DNA of 64,000 nucleotides from contig CAPHDI010000002.1 in assembly GCA_948623715.1 (NCBI GenBank), positions 13,626 through 77,625 on the forward strand. Direction: 5' to 3'. Below are positions 52,986 through 63,168 of the stretch, one piece after another. Positions within the stretch are counted from its first letter, which is position 1. Each line of letters opens with the position of its first letter. The notes beneath the pieces were generated by a model. That model ran no database searches. It saw only the letters and a list, made by a program, of their open reading frames with translations, and was not told where the DNA came from. The stretch is from an uncultured Candidatus Saccharibacteria bacterium (GTDB lineage: Bacteria; Patescibacteriota; Saccharimonadia; Saccharimonadales; Saccharimonadaceae). A program made the position numbers and the translations under genes.

Positions 52986-53392
52986 CCTTACTATCTTCCG
53001 AAAATAATAAATCCCGGAGCAAAAGTGTTGACGTTAGCTAAAAATTGCGTTAAAATAGCCCTATAAGAGTTGGTTACCTCTCGACTATAGCTTTATTAGC
53101 CACGTCGAGGGTAATTTTTTGTTTTCGTACAGTTTTTGTATCATGATACTCCACTGACTCTTCAAAAACTACTCTCATGAGCACCCTTTCCGAATTTTAA
53201 TTGTTATAAGTTTTATCGACCTATAACTGCGCCAAGCACCCTTGCTCTACGCCCATACTATCAAATCTCCCACGAGAAGTAAAGCACTGCACCCCCTGTT
53301 TTTCGCATTTTCAGCTTAATACCAAAATTAAATTGTTGCTAAAGTCGCCCACCACTATGGCCCAGTCATCGAAGCTGGGCCATGCACAGGAC

Positions 53393-55162
53393 CTACCTCT
53401 TCTCCGCTCGCTTTTCGATAAACTCCGCTAACTCGTCCAGTTTCACGGTCTCCTCGCCATCACGCAAGCGAACGCTCACTGTACCTTCCGCAGCATCTCG
53501 CGCCCCCACGATGATCACTACTGGAATCTTCAGCGCCGTCGCTTTCTTAATCTTCTTCCCTAGCGAATCATCGCTCAAATCTACCGAATACCGCAATTTA
53601 TTATGCGCGATCGGCTCAGACAGCTCAATCCCCTCCAGGACCTTAGCAACCTTGTCTGCATACTCCGTAGCATCAGCCGACACCGTTAAGACCCTTACCT
53701 GCTCCGGTGCACACCATAGCGGAAACCATCCCGCAGTATGCTCAATAAACACGCTCATAAATCGCTCAATCGACCCGATCAATGCACAGTGCACCATGAT
53801 CGGTGTTTTCTTCGTACCATCCGCATCCGTATATTCCAGCCCAAACCTTACTGGCATCGCATAGTCGAGCTGCACCGTCGCGAGCTGCCATTCCCGCCCC
53901 AGCGCATCCACTGCCATGAAGTCCATCTTCGGCCCATACATCGCCGCTTCCCCCACACCGACGTAATATTCCATCTCAAACTTCTTCGCCATCCGCTCAA
54001 TCGCCACCTCGGCCTTCTCCCACATCTTCTTATCACCAATGTAACCTTCCCCATCATCTCGGAAGCTTAGGCGCAATTTCAATTTCATATCCACCCGACG
54101 ATACAAATCCTTCGCACTTTCAATCAATTCCCCAAACACCCCCTCGACCTGATCTTCCGTACAGAACACATGTGAATCATCCTGCGTAATCGCCCGCACC
54201 CGCGACAGCCCTCCAAGCTCCCCCTTCCGCTCATCTCGGTATACCATCGTCGTCTCCAGATATTTCACTGGCAATTCCTTATACGATCGCGGCGCACTCG
54301 CGAAAATCTGCGAATGGTGTGGACAACTCACCGGCTTAATCGCCAGCTCATCCCCGCTTTCCATACTCGTAAACCGCAAAAGCTCTGGGAATTTCTCATA
54401 ATGCCCCGAGGTCTTATACAAATCCACATTCGCAATATGCGGAATACATACCTTCCGATACCCGCAGCGCAGCCGATACCCCTGCGTAAATTCATTCAGC
54501 ATATCTCTCAGAATCGTCCCTCGCGGCGTAAACAGCGGCAATCCCGACCCCACCAGCTCAGAAAACGCAAACAAATCCAGCTCTTTCCCCAGCCGACGAT
54601 GATCGCGCTTCTTTGCTTCCTCCTGCTGCGCCTCATACGCCTTTAGCTCTTCCTCCGTCGGAAACGCCACCCCATAAATCCGCGTCAGCATCTCTCGCTT
54701 CTCGTCCCCTCGCCAGTATGCCCCGGCGATTCGCTCCAGCTTCCACGCCCCGATTTCTTTCAAATTCTCAACATGCGGCCCCTTACAGAGGTCAGCAAAT
54801 AAGACCTTCCCATCCCGAGGATCGACCAAATCATAAAACGTAATTTTCTCATCCTGTGGCAACTCTTCAATCAGCTCCGTCTTATACTTCTGCCCCGTCT
54901 CGCGAGCCCAGTCCAGCGCCTCCTCCCGCGACACTTCCCTAGCAACCATCTTACATCCCCGCGCGATAATCCCCCGCATCTTCTTCTCAATTTTCGCCAG
55001 ATCAGCATCGGAAATCTTCACATCTCCGAAGTCCATATCATAATAAAACCCATTCTCAATCGCCGGCCCCACCCCAAAAGTTGTAGTCGGATAAAGCTCC
55101 TGCACCGCTGCCGCCATCACATAGCTCAGACTATGTCGCATCTTTTCAACTTGTTCTTCCAT
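53393..55162 (-). CDS. thrS: Threonyl-tRNA synthetase
   Basis: DLCKGPHV, GAYWRGDE, RDHRRLG, KPVSCPHH, RVR.ITQDD and GSIERF motifs. Confidence 0.97.
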   Translation of the reverse strand: MEEQVEKMRHSLSYVMAAAVQELYPTTTFGVGPAIENGFYYDMDFGDVKISDADLAKIEKKMRGIIARGCKMVAREVSREEALDWARETGQKYKTELIEELPQDEKITFYDLVDPRDGKVLFADLCKGPHVENLKEIGAWKLERIAGAYWRGDEKREMLTRIYGVAFPTEEELKAYEAQQEEAKKRDHRRLGKELDLFAFSELVGSGLPLFTPRGTILRDMLNEFTQGYRLRCGYRKVCIPHIANVDLYKTSGHYEKFPELLRFTSMESGDELAIKPVSCPHHSQIFASAPRSYKELPVKYLETTMVYRDERKGELGGLSRVRAITQDDSHVFCTEDQVEGVFGELIESAKDLYRRVDMKLKLRLSFRDDGEGYIGDKKMWEKAEVAIERMAKKFEMEYYVGVGEAAMYGPKMDFMAVDALGREWQLATVQLDYAMPVRFGLEYTDADGTKKTPIMVHCALIGSIERFMSVFIEHTAGWFPLWCAPEQVRVLTVSADATEYADKVAKVLEGIELSEPIAHNKLRYSVDLSDDSLGKKIKKATALKIPVVIIVGARDAAEGTVSVRLRDGEETVKLDELAEFIEKRAEKR

Positions 55163-55436
55163 AGCTTTATCCTTTCTCTGGTCTCCCAGTTTTTACCTCC
55201 TCATTATACCATACATCTCATCGCCTCATCGTAAAATCCCCTACCACTATCACTCTAAATCCCCACCCCACACATCTCGTCATCCCATCATACCCTTGTA
55301 CACGCCCTTCACCTCATTCCGCTATTGACTTTTTCACCAATGTGTGCTATAATGAAAGTATAACCACGAAACCTCACGTTCCGCGGTTGTGTTCCTGTTC
55401 CCTTTTTGCAAATCTATAGCAAAGGAGGTATTCCTC

Positions 55437-55808
55437 ATGCTTAGCAAAAGCGAACGCACCTTAAGAATGAAGGAGGCATTTATCAGCCTACACAAGCAAG
55501 GTCTCACCCTGAAGCAGATCGCCCACCGGTTTGACCTCGACAGCAGCACCGTCTACGCCCATCTCCAAGAGATCGCCGACGCTGCTGGCGTCCCCCGCGA
55601 GTCTCTCCTCCAGTTTCCCCATTCCCCGCACCTGACCTACGAGCGCCGCTTCGAGCCCGTCGAGCCTATCGACATCGAGGCCGTCCACGCTCATTTCGTC
55701 ACCATTTCCGACGAGCTCAATCAGACCCTCATCGCCATCTCCCAGCAAATTTCCCAGAGTCTATCGGTTTCTGATCAAATCGCAAAGGAGGAAGCGTCAT
55801 GGCAATAG
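55437..55808 (+). CDS. HTH-domain protein
   Basis: GLTLKQIAHRFDLDSSTVY; AAGGAGG RBS; consensus promoter at about 55325-55353. Confidence 0.7.
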   Translation: MLSKSERTLRMKEAFISLHKQGLTLKQIAHRFDLDSSTVYAHLQEIADAAGVPRESLLQFPHSPHLTYERRFEPVEPIDIEAVHAHFVTISDELNQTLIAISQQISQSLSVSDQIAKEEASWQ

Positions 55809-56838
55809 CGAACAGCAAGCTTCACGGTCTACAACATCGAGACGTCAGATATGGCATCAAGAACGGCCTCACCATCGCCGGTTTCTGCGAAAAGTACGAG
55901 TGCACCGAAGCTGAGTTTGAGAAAAAGCTCCGCGCCCTCTATCGGCGTGACGCCGATGACATGTTTGACGCAATCCGTGCCAACGAGAAGAAAGCTAATC
56001 GTCAAGGCAGCGGCCGCCAATCCAAGCAGTTTTCCACCTCTATCAACCCCGCGAATCTCCCCGACAATCTCACCCTCGACCCCAGCGCCGCCGCCCTCTT
56101 CGGTGTTTCTCCCATAAAAGACCCCCCCCCGGCACGAACGGAAATCCACCCGCCGCAGATGGTCTATCGATCATTACCGATCATGAACCTACCGCGGCCA
56201 GACCCACCGAAGGCTCTTCTGCGACCATACCCACTAAGGGCACCATACCTGCTATACCCGACCGCGATTCCCCGGAAGCCCGTCTCGCCCAGCTCAGAGC
56301 CACCGAGCCCGTCCAGAGCGACGCCGTCATGCAGCTCGAATCTCAACACAAGTCTATCGCCCGCAAGCATCGCGCTTGCATCGCCGACCTCAGGCAACTC
56401 AAAACCGACATGGAGTCCCTCCGCGACCAATTCAATGCTAAGGCCGCCGAGTACGAATCCATCGTTTCCCAGAATAACGGCTTCGTTACCCAGATGAACC
56501 AGATCTCCAGCGAACGCGCCGAAAAGGTCACCTTACTTGCCGCCATCCGCCGCGAAATCGAGTCGCTCAGCGTCATTACCCTCTGCGCCTACGAAAACGG
56601 CACCATTGAGCCGCTCGATCAACCCTCGGCCAGTCCCAACGACCCTCTCGACGAATCCGGCAGCGATCAGCTTTTCACCGAATTCCGCGACCGCGCCGAT
56701 CTCGAAGAGCTCCGAATCAAAGACATCCGCATCCTGGCTCGCATGGTTTCCATCGTCCGCAATTCTACACACCGCATCGAGCCCGTCTTCGAGAACGAGA
56801 CTCTCGAACCCTACTTCCAGACTCTCTGCACTGCCTAA
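55799..56838 (+). pseudogene. Coiled-coil hypothetical protein split by a frameshift at a C9 tract
   Basis: One extra C at 56122-56130 joins ORF 55799 to a frame that is open from 56131 through ORF 56329-56838. Confidence 0.6.
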
Positions 56839-57062
56839 GCATTACCCTCAGAATCTCCACCTCGCTAAAATACTCAAGCTCAACCTACCACTTCATTCCC
56901 CGCACCGCCTCCCCGGAGGCGGTTTTTCTTTTCCAAAAATACTACCCTTAACTTTATCGTCTAGTAGTTCTCAAGACTCCTCTCTACCGCCTTATCATCC
57001 AATCTTTACAATTCTTCCCCATTCTACGAATCTATGCTATAATAAACTCACAACCAATATCC

Positions 57063-57139
57063 GGGTCGCTAGCTCAGCTGGCTAGAGCGCCTCGTTTACA
57101 CCGAGGAGGTCGGGGGTTCGAGCCCCTCGCGACCCACCA
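57063..57139 (+). tRNA. tRNA-Val(TAC)
   Basis: gggtcgc...cctcg-ttTACac-cgagg...ggttcgagcc...gcgacccacca. Confidence 0.96.
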
Positions 57140-57339
57140 TAGAAAATACTCCACCTTAGTGGAGTATTTTCTATATCACATCACCACAAATGAAACAAGA
57201 CCACAGCAAAAAGGGCCCGCCACACATCGGCGAACCCGTTTTGTTACTACGGAGAATCTAACGTCTTCATCCGGCCCAAACATACCGCTAGCTATTACCG
57301 AAATTACTCGCACCGAATCGACTTTGCCGCCATCGCAGC

Positions 57340-57723
57340 TTATTCCGCTTTCGGCAGCAGTCGCCGGCAGAGCTGTGCCAGCTTCTCGACGTTCTCATCC
57401 GAGAGGGCATAGAAGTCGCCCTCAAACTGCGGCACGTTCCGCGACACTTCGCGTGAGACTTTCGCCTTCTCCAGGCCCAGCTTCCTCGTGTCATAGATTC
57501 CCTGAGGCCCCCTCAGGCTCCACCACACGCTGCCTTCCAGCTCGTCGCCGTAGCCCTGATGATGAAACAGCCGAAACTCCGACTGCAGTTTCGCGACATT
57601 CGCCGCCTTGAGCAAGCTCCCCGCCAGCGCCACCAGCGCCGGCATCGACGCGATCGGCGGCAAGGTCTCCAGCTCACTGACTAATGCCTCTACATTCTCC
57701 AAATTCACTGTTCTCTGCGCCAT
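57340..57723 (-). CDS. Hypothetical protein (stand-alone unit)
   Basis: GGAGGGG RBS before MAQRTVNL; own TTGACA-N17-TACAAT promoter. Confidence 0.6.
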   Translation of the reverse strand: MAQRTVNLENVEALVSELETLPPIASMPALVALAGSLLKAANVAKLQSEFRLFHHQGYGDELEGSVWWSLRGPQGIYDTRKLGLEKAKVSREVSRNVPQFEGDFYALSDENVEKLAQLCRRLLPKAE

Positions 57724-57904
57724 TTTTACCCCTCCATTTTTTTCGCACAAAAACCAGTACCTAACGTTCTGTAAGCTCATCAACTTAATCAGCTAATTCA
57801 AGCTTACCTTCTTATTGTAGCACACATTTTCTATTTTGTCAAGACTATTTATGCTTTCCCGCAAATCAGTCAACCCCGTCTACCATCATTTCGACGTCAG
57901 AGCC

Positions 57905-58606
57905 TTACCGCTTTTCCGACCCCTGTTTCTTCCCTGTCCGCTTCCGCTTCGAAACCTCCCTTGTCCGCTTCCGCCTCGCAGCCTTCACCTCTCGCACATA
58001 TCCGACGATCGACGTCACAAACATCACCATCTCGCACAATACCCCAAATGGCGATTTAACAAACCCATTATACGTCATCCAACAAAACGCCACCGGAATC
58101 CCCAAGAACTTATATACCTTCGTACTCTTCTGCCAGATCGAGATTTCGTATAGCACTGTCGCCGCCACCGACAGCAAACTCAGCGGCCCATCGTACGTCA
58201 GCCACGTCACCACCCCTATTCCCGCTAGCACCACCACCAAAACCACATACCTCAATACTCCATGAAAGGATGCGGAAATCTTCGATGAAGTACGAGAAGA
58301 GTTCGAAGCGCGCAAGGGAGCTGTACTTCCGGTACTGCTCCCGCGCATTGGAGAACTCGCCGAAGTAATTCGCGAAGAGGACGCATCCTCCCACAGATAA
58401 TAGAAATTTGCTAACAGAATGATAACTGACATCGCCATCCCCAAATCCGCCCCTAGAAGAATAAACGCCACAATCCCACACGCCATCGACGCAATATCTA
58501 GCGTCACCACTGCTTTCCGATTTTTCGCCAGATACGACGCCCCGAGTAATCCATATTCCACCACTGTAAATATCTGTGATAAGATCCAAACAAAAGTAAT
58601 TTCCAT
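57905..58606 (-). CDS. YgjV-like inner-membrane protein carrying an in-frame palindromic insert
   Basis: Multi-TM protein with W.TYN...SPFGVL.E. A Ser-rich 41-codon insert coincides with a palindrome. Confidence 0.7.
   Translation of the reverse strand: MEITFVWILSQIFTVVEYGLLGASYLAKNRKAVVTLDIASMACGIVAFILLGADLGMAMSVIILLANFYYLWEDASSSRITSASSPMRGSSTGSTAPLRASNSSRTSSKISASFHGVLRYVVLVVVLAGIGVVTWLTYDGPLSLLSVAATVLYEISIWQKSTKVYKFLGIPVAFCWMTYNGFVKSPFGVLCEMVMFVTSIVGYVREVKAARRKRTREVSKRKRTGKKQGSEKR
58267..58389. repeat. 123-bp palindromic element inserted in frame in a coding sequence
   Basis: Nested aggatgcg/cgcatcct, tcttcg/cgaaga, gagttc/gaactc and gggagc/gctccc; apex gtac-ttccg-gtac. Confidence 0.7.
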
Positions 58607-58748
58607 TTTTACTTACTTTCTCCTTACGCCTATTTTACCACATCCTCTCCCAAAGCGAGCAAATCCGATTTCACCTCTTTACTTTTCTCGGGAAATCAGT
58701 TATAATGGTACATAGTCAATAATATAAATCTATTATCGAGGAAAAGTA

Positions 58749-59000
58749 ATGCCGATTATTAAATCCGCAAAGAAAGCCGCTCGTCAGGCGGTCAAGCGCA
58801 CCGCTCACAACCAAGAGATCAAGAGCGACATCAAATCCGCCTTGAAAGCTTTCAAGGCTAACCCTACCGCTGAAAATATGTCTAAAGCTCAGTCCGAATA
58901 CGACAAAGCCGTCAAGAAGGGTCTCCTGAAGAAGAACACCGCTTCCCGCCGCAAAGCTTCCCTAGCAAAATTCGCAAAAGCTGCTAAAGCTACTGCTTAA
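58749..59000 (+). CDS. rpsT: 30S ribosomal protein S20
   Basis: MPIIKSAKKAARQ...DKAVKKGLLKKNTASRRKA. Confidence 0.95.
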   Translation: MPIIKSAKKAARQAVKRTAHNQEIKSDIKSALKAFKANPTAENMSKAQSEYDKAVKKGLLKKNTASRRKASLAKFAKAAKATA

Positions 59001-59122
59001 TCCGAATCCGACAAATCCCCGACTAACCTCGGGGATTTTTGTAACCTCCAAAACCAACCCAAGGACCAAACTAAACCTGTTAAAAAGCCGCCCCTCAGGG
59101 CGGCCTGCTTTTCAATATTCTC

Positions 59123-60133
59123 TCATTGCCTTTCCGTCACATTCTCGCGGCCCAGCTTCACCATACTCCGTTGCCAGAAGAAATAGCTCGTGATTACCGT
59201 ACCCGACAGGGTCAGAATTCTCGTCACCGCCACGATCGCCGAAGCCAGCGCGACGCTCATTCCAAACCCGCCCAACAGATAAATCATCGCGCCTTCAAAG
59301 CCTCCGATTCCACCCGGCGTCGGGATAACCGCCCCGACGATATCGCCCGCCGCAGCCGCCACGATCAGCTGCAGGAACAGCTCCGAATAGCCCATCGACC
59401 ACGCCACGATCAGAAACGGCGTATCTTCCAAGATCGTATAGAGCATCCCCCAAGCCCACGAACTCGCCAGGCCGCGCTTATCCATCTTCGCAAAGAGTAA
59501 CGCTCTGCGCAACTCCGACAGATAGCTATCAATCTTTTCGTTTCGCGTCCGAATCTTCCCCGTCAACGCCAGCAGCAACACTGTGAAGACCAGCACCATC
59601 GCCACGATCATCACTGTCATAACCACCATCGGCATTACCGGCATATCATTGAGCTTCCCCATCACCAGCAGCACCAATGTCGCCCCGATGATACCGATCC
59701 AGTTCGTCGTGACCGAGACTATATAGCGATACACATACATCCCGCCCGTGTACCCAGGAGACACGCCATACGGCTTCAGCCGCTCCGTCGCATAGACCAA
59801 TCCCGACAAACTCGCCGACGGCACTACCGTGTTCACGAAATGCAGCTCATACTGGATTCCACCAAGCTCCCCCGCCGACAGACCAAATCTCCCCAGATAT
59901 GGGTACCAAATCCTCCCTGCCGCATAGAACATTAATACCGTATTCGGTATCAATAGCAGCAGGATTGAGATTTTCGCGCTCTTCAGGTATCCGATTGCTT
60001 CGTCCAGCGCATCCACCCACCCCAGCGCCATCACCAGCATCATCAGAAACACCACGGCCGAGACCACCCATACGACGATTTTTCGCTTTTTCATCATGTG
60101 ATTCCCCCCATGAGATATAAAAATACTGGCCAC
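59123..60133 (-). CDS. Flippase-like (lysylphosphatidylglycerol synthase TM / UPF0104) membrane protein
   Basis: Multi-TM protein; FVNTVVPS, IPTPGGIGGFEG and TRILT motifs. The start may be at MMKKRK. Confidence 0.8.
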   Translation of the reverse strand: MASIFISHGGNHMMKKRKIVVWVVSAVVFLMMLVMALGWVDALDEAIGYLKSAKISILLLLIPNTVLMFYAAGRIWYPYLGRFGLSAGELGGIQYELHFVNTVVPSASLSGLVYATERLKPYGVSPGYTGGMYVYRYIVSVTTNWIGIIGATLVLLVMGKLNDMPVMPMVVMTVMIVAMVLVFTVLLLALTGKIRTRNEKIDSYLSELRRALLFAKMDKRGLASSWAWGMLYTILEDTPFLIVAWSMGYSELFLQLIVAAAAGDIVGAVIPTPGGIGGFEGAMIYLLGGFGMSVALASAIVAVTRILTLSGTVITSYFFWQRSMVKLGRENVTERQ

Positions 60134-60274
60134 TATTTCCTAGAATAGTAGTCCACCTTAATTATATCATTTTCTTAGGTTTTTATCAATCCATCTCCGA
60201 TAGCGCCCGCCCTTTGAACCTGTAACGCGTTTACAAGTTCAACTTTTTTCTACAGAGATAATTATCAATTTATC

Positions 60275-60892
60275 CTACCGAATAACCGAGATTTGCAGCA
60301 ATAATCCCTTTATCAACATCCACGGCTCGATACTCGAACTTTTCATCTCTATATCAACTTTTGCCATCTCTTTGATAATCCTCCGCTCCTTTCCCCCGCT
60401 TCGCGAACTTTCAAATTTCTTTAACATCTGCGTCACCATCAGCCCAAAAAACATATACGGATCCTGCGTTAACTCAATTTTCTCTACCATCGCCACCGCT
60501 TTCTTCCCATCCACCAGCGCCGTATCGAGAATATTAAACACTAGATTCATCTCCGGCCTCTTCCGCTCCGGAAATTCCATCATCTCCGCCCCCGCCTCCT
60601 TCAGTCTTTTATATCCCGCCGACCGTTTATCGATCTTCATCTCCCAGACAATTACTTCATGCTCCGTATCTAGATAATCCCCAATTTTCTCCCAGACCGC
60701 CGAATTTTCAGTCAAATCTTTCAATAAAATCTTCCGTTCCCCCTCCCCAAACAGTGACGTCCCCTGAAAAATACTCGGCAAATCCGCTACCTGCAAACTT
60801 TCCCCCTCGTAGACTTCATAGTCCTTCCCGAGCGCCCGCTTGACCGCTTTCTCCGCTTCTAACCGATTCTCCCCATAAAATATCTTAATCAC
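60275..60892 (-). CDS. Short DNA polymerase III delta-like protein
   Basis: MIKIFYGEN...TSLFG...VFNILD...DIEMKSS pattern resembles HolA. Confidence 0.55.
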   Translation of the reverse strand: MIKIFYGENRLEAEKAVKRALGKDYEVYEGESLQVADLPSIFQGTSLFGEGERKILLKDLTENSAVWEKIGDYLDTEHEVIVWEMKIDKRSAGYKRLKEAGAEMMEFPERKRPEMNLVFNILDTALVDGKKAVAMVEKIELTQDPYMFFGLMVTQMLKKFESSRSGGKERRIIKEMAKVDIEMKSSSIEPWMLIKGLLLQISVIR

Positions 60893-61766
60893 GGAAATAC
60901 TCCGGCTTTTGTTGGCATTTCGGACAATAATGAGTTCCTCTGCCAGCTACCCTAGTTTTCAGAATTTTTTCTCCGCACCTCTTACACGGCTGCCCCTCCC
61001 TTCGAAACACCTCCGCAAACAGCTCTAAATAATTTCCCGTACTCCCATCCGGCTTAATATAGGTCGCCATGGTTGACCCTCCCGAGTCGATCGACGCCAA
61101 CATCACGCTCCTCGCCCCCTCTAATATTTGCCCAATCTGCTCTTCAGAAAGTTCTCCTGCCTTCGTCGCCGGATGCACACTTGCATAAAAAAGTGATTCA
61201 TCCGCATAAATATTCCCCAGCCCCGCGATCACCTTCTGATCGAGCAGTACCGCCTTAATCGGCGACTTCGCATGTCGCTGACACTGGCTGAATAATTCTT
61301 TTACATCCATCTCCCATGGTTCTTTCGCCAGCTCCGCAATAAACTTTTCCTGCTCAACTTCAGAGGTCGGAATCACTTTTACAAACCCGAACTTCCTCTG
61401 ATCGTTAAAATATAATATTCCGTCTTCAAACTCAAAACTCACCCTCGTCTGACTATTCGGTAGAGCCGCGATAAAATTTTTACTCGGATGCCCTGCCGCA
61501 AAATTATCTTCTTCGTTTTCTCCCCGCCAAATCAGCTGCCCTGTCATCCTCAGATGCACCATAAACGTAAAATTATTACTCAGATCGACCAGTAGCGCCT
61601 TACCTCGCCGCCGAATCCCCGTCACGACCGCGTCGACTATATTCCCCTCATCCCCCTGAAAACATTTCGGCGTCGTCGCATCAATTTCCACTTTTACGAT
61701 CTTTTTCTTGATAATCAACGGCTCTAATCCCCGTTTGATCGTCTCTACTTCTGGTAACTCTGGCAT
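60885..61766 (-). CDS. mutM: Formamidopyrimidine-DNA glycosylase
   Basis: MPELPEVET (true start 61766), HLRMTG, LLDQ..IAGLGNIYADE and C-terminal CxxC...CPKCQ. Confidence 0.96.
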   Translation of the reverse strand: MPELPEVETIKRGLEPLIIKKKIVKVEIDATTPKCFQGDEGNIVDAVVTGIRRRGKALLVDLSNNFTFMVHLRMTGQLIWRGENEEDNFAAGHPSKNFIAALPNSQTRVSFEFEDGILYFNDQRKFGFVKVIPTSEVEQEKFIAELAKEPWEMDVKELFSQCQRHAKSPIKAVLLDQKVIAGLGNIYADESLFYASVHPATKAGELSEEQIGQILEGARSVMLASIDSGGSTMATYIKPDGSTGNYLELFAEVFRREGQPCKRCGEKILKTRVAGRGTHYCPKCQQKPEYFRD

Positions 61767-61767
61767 A

Positions 61768-63159
61768 CTATAATTCTCCTTGATCTCCTCCATAATACTT
61801 TGATTCTATATTCACGATCGGTATATTAAAATACGCCGCGTGCCGCAAAGTGTCATCGGTTATTTCACCATCCATAACCACCAGATAATCCGGCTTCAAC
61901 GGCTTCCCCTCTTCATCATATCGTAACATTGCCACCTCATTATAATATCGTTTATACCTATCGTCCGGATGTTCCAGTCTGTCTAAATCTGACAATGCGC
62001 CAACCTGAAAGACTCTGTCCTTACGTACATATCTTGGCATCATCGCATCATCATTACTTACCCGTATCAAAGAGCTTGGCCTTACGTGGTCAAAGCCATA
62101 TCTTACCGCCTGTGTCCCCAACATCGCTCGCATCGCCGACCCGCCATTCATATCGCTCATGGTCTTTGTATTAAAATACGATGTCGACAGAGTATTCCCT
62201 TTTTGCCTCGTACCACTCTCCGTCTGCGTCTCAAAAAACTCCCTAGACGGACTCTTCTCCATCCACTTTCCCGGATCCCTTAATACCTCCTGAGCTGTAC
62301 CTTGCCCTACACTTTTAGTCCCTTCCCCCTCGGCGCCCAATTTATACCCCACATTATGTGACAAAATCGCCACCGGGTAACCCTTCATATCATATACCAG
62401 CACCTCTTTACCATCATATTCCATCGTTCTTGCGTCCGCCTGAGTCCCAGTTTCTGCCGCTGCCCCTATCTCATCTATCCCCGTCAATCTTTCATTCAAA
62501 TCCTGCTCGATTTCCAGCCGTCGCTGTTCAAACTTCAATTTCCTCTTCGCGCCGCCTTCTCGCATCGCCCCCACCTCACTCATCTGCATCTCTAATAATT
62601 CCCGATCTTGCCGCGCTTTCTCCTCTAGCACCTGCCTCAAATTATCTTCCCTCTCTCGCACTCGCCTCGCCTCTTCCTCCTCCCAAGCCCGCGGATCCCA
62701 TGACTCACCCATTTCCTGCTGTGACTTATCATCTTCCCCTGTCGCCTCGATTTGCTCCGCCCGCTCCTGCCGTCGCCTTCTCCACCCATCAAACGCCCCA
62801 ATCATCATCCCTACCCCAGTCACCTGTAGGACTTTCTGACCAATTCCTCTTAACCGCTCCCGCGTCACCTCGCGCCGCTCCGCCCGTAACTCCGCCTTAT
62901 GCGCTTTCCTTTCCTGTGACACTCTCGCCAACCACTCTTCTTTCGTTTCCGTCGGCATTCCCACCCGCTCCCACGCGTTCTGCGGAGTGTCTACATCAGT
63001 CCTCTTCAGCTCATCCCAGCCCCCATCTACTTCATCTCGTCCATGCCCCGCATCTCCTCGTTCCGCCTGTACTTCGTCCGCCATCTTCTCCCATTCGTTC
63101 TTCCCCTGCATACCGGCCATGCCAACATCCTGTTTTACCCGCTCTATTTTTTCCATCAC
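61768..63159 (-). CDS. Hypothetical protein with coiled-coil N-terminus
   Basis: 463-aa ORF tightly packed between polA and mutM. Confidence 0.7.
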   Translation of the reverse strand: MMEKIERVKQDVGMAGMQGKNEWEKMADEVQAERGDAGHGRDEVDGGWDELKRTDVDTPQNAWERVGMPTETKEEWLARVSQERKAHKAELRAERREVTRERLRGIGQKVLQVTGVGMMIGAFDGWRRRRQERAEQIEATGEDDKSQQEMGESWDPRAWEEEEARRVREREDNLRQVLEEKARQDRELLEMQMSEVGAMREGGAKRKLKFEQRRLEIEQDLNERLTGIDEIGAAAETGTQADARTMEYDGKEVLVYDMKGYPVAILSHNVGYKLGAEGEGTKSVGQGTAQEVLRDPGKWMEKSPSREFFETQTESGTRQKGNTLSTSYFNTKTMSDMNGGSAMRAMLGTQAVRYGFDHVRPSSLIRVSNDDAMMPRYVRKDRVFQVGALSDLDRLEHPDDRYKRYYNEVAMLRYDEEGKPLKPDYLVVMDGEITDDTLRHAAYFNIPIVNIESKYYGGDQGEL

Positions 63160-63168
63160 ACCTTCTTT

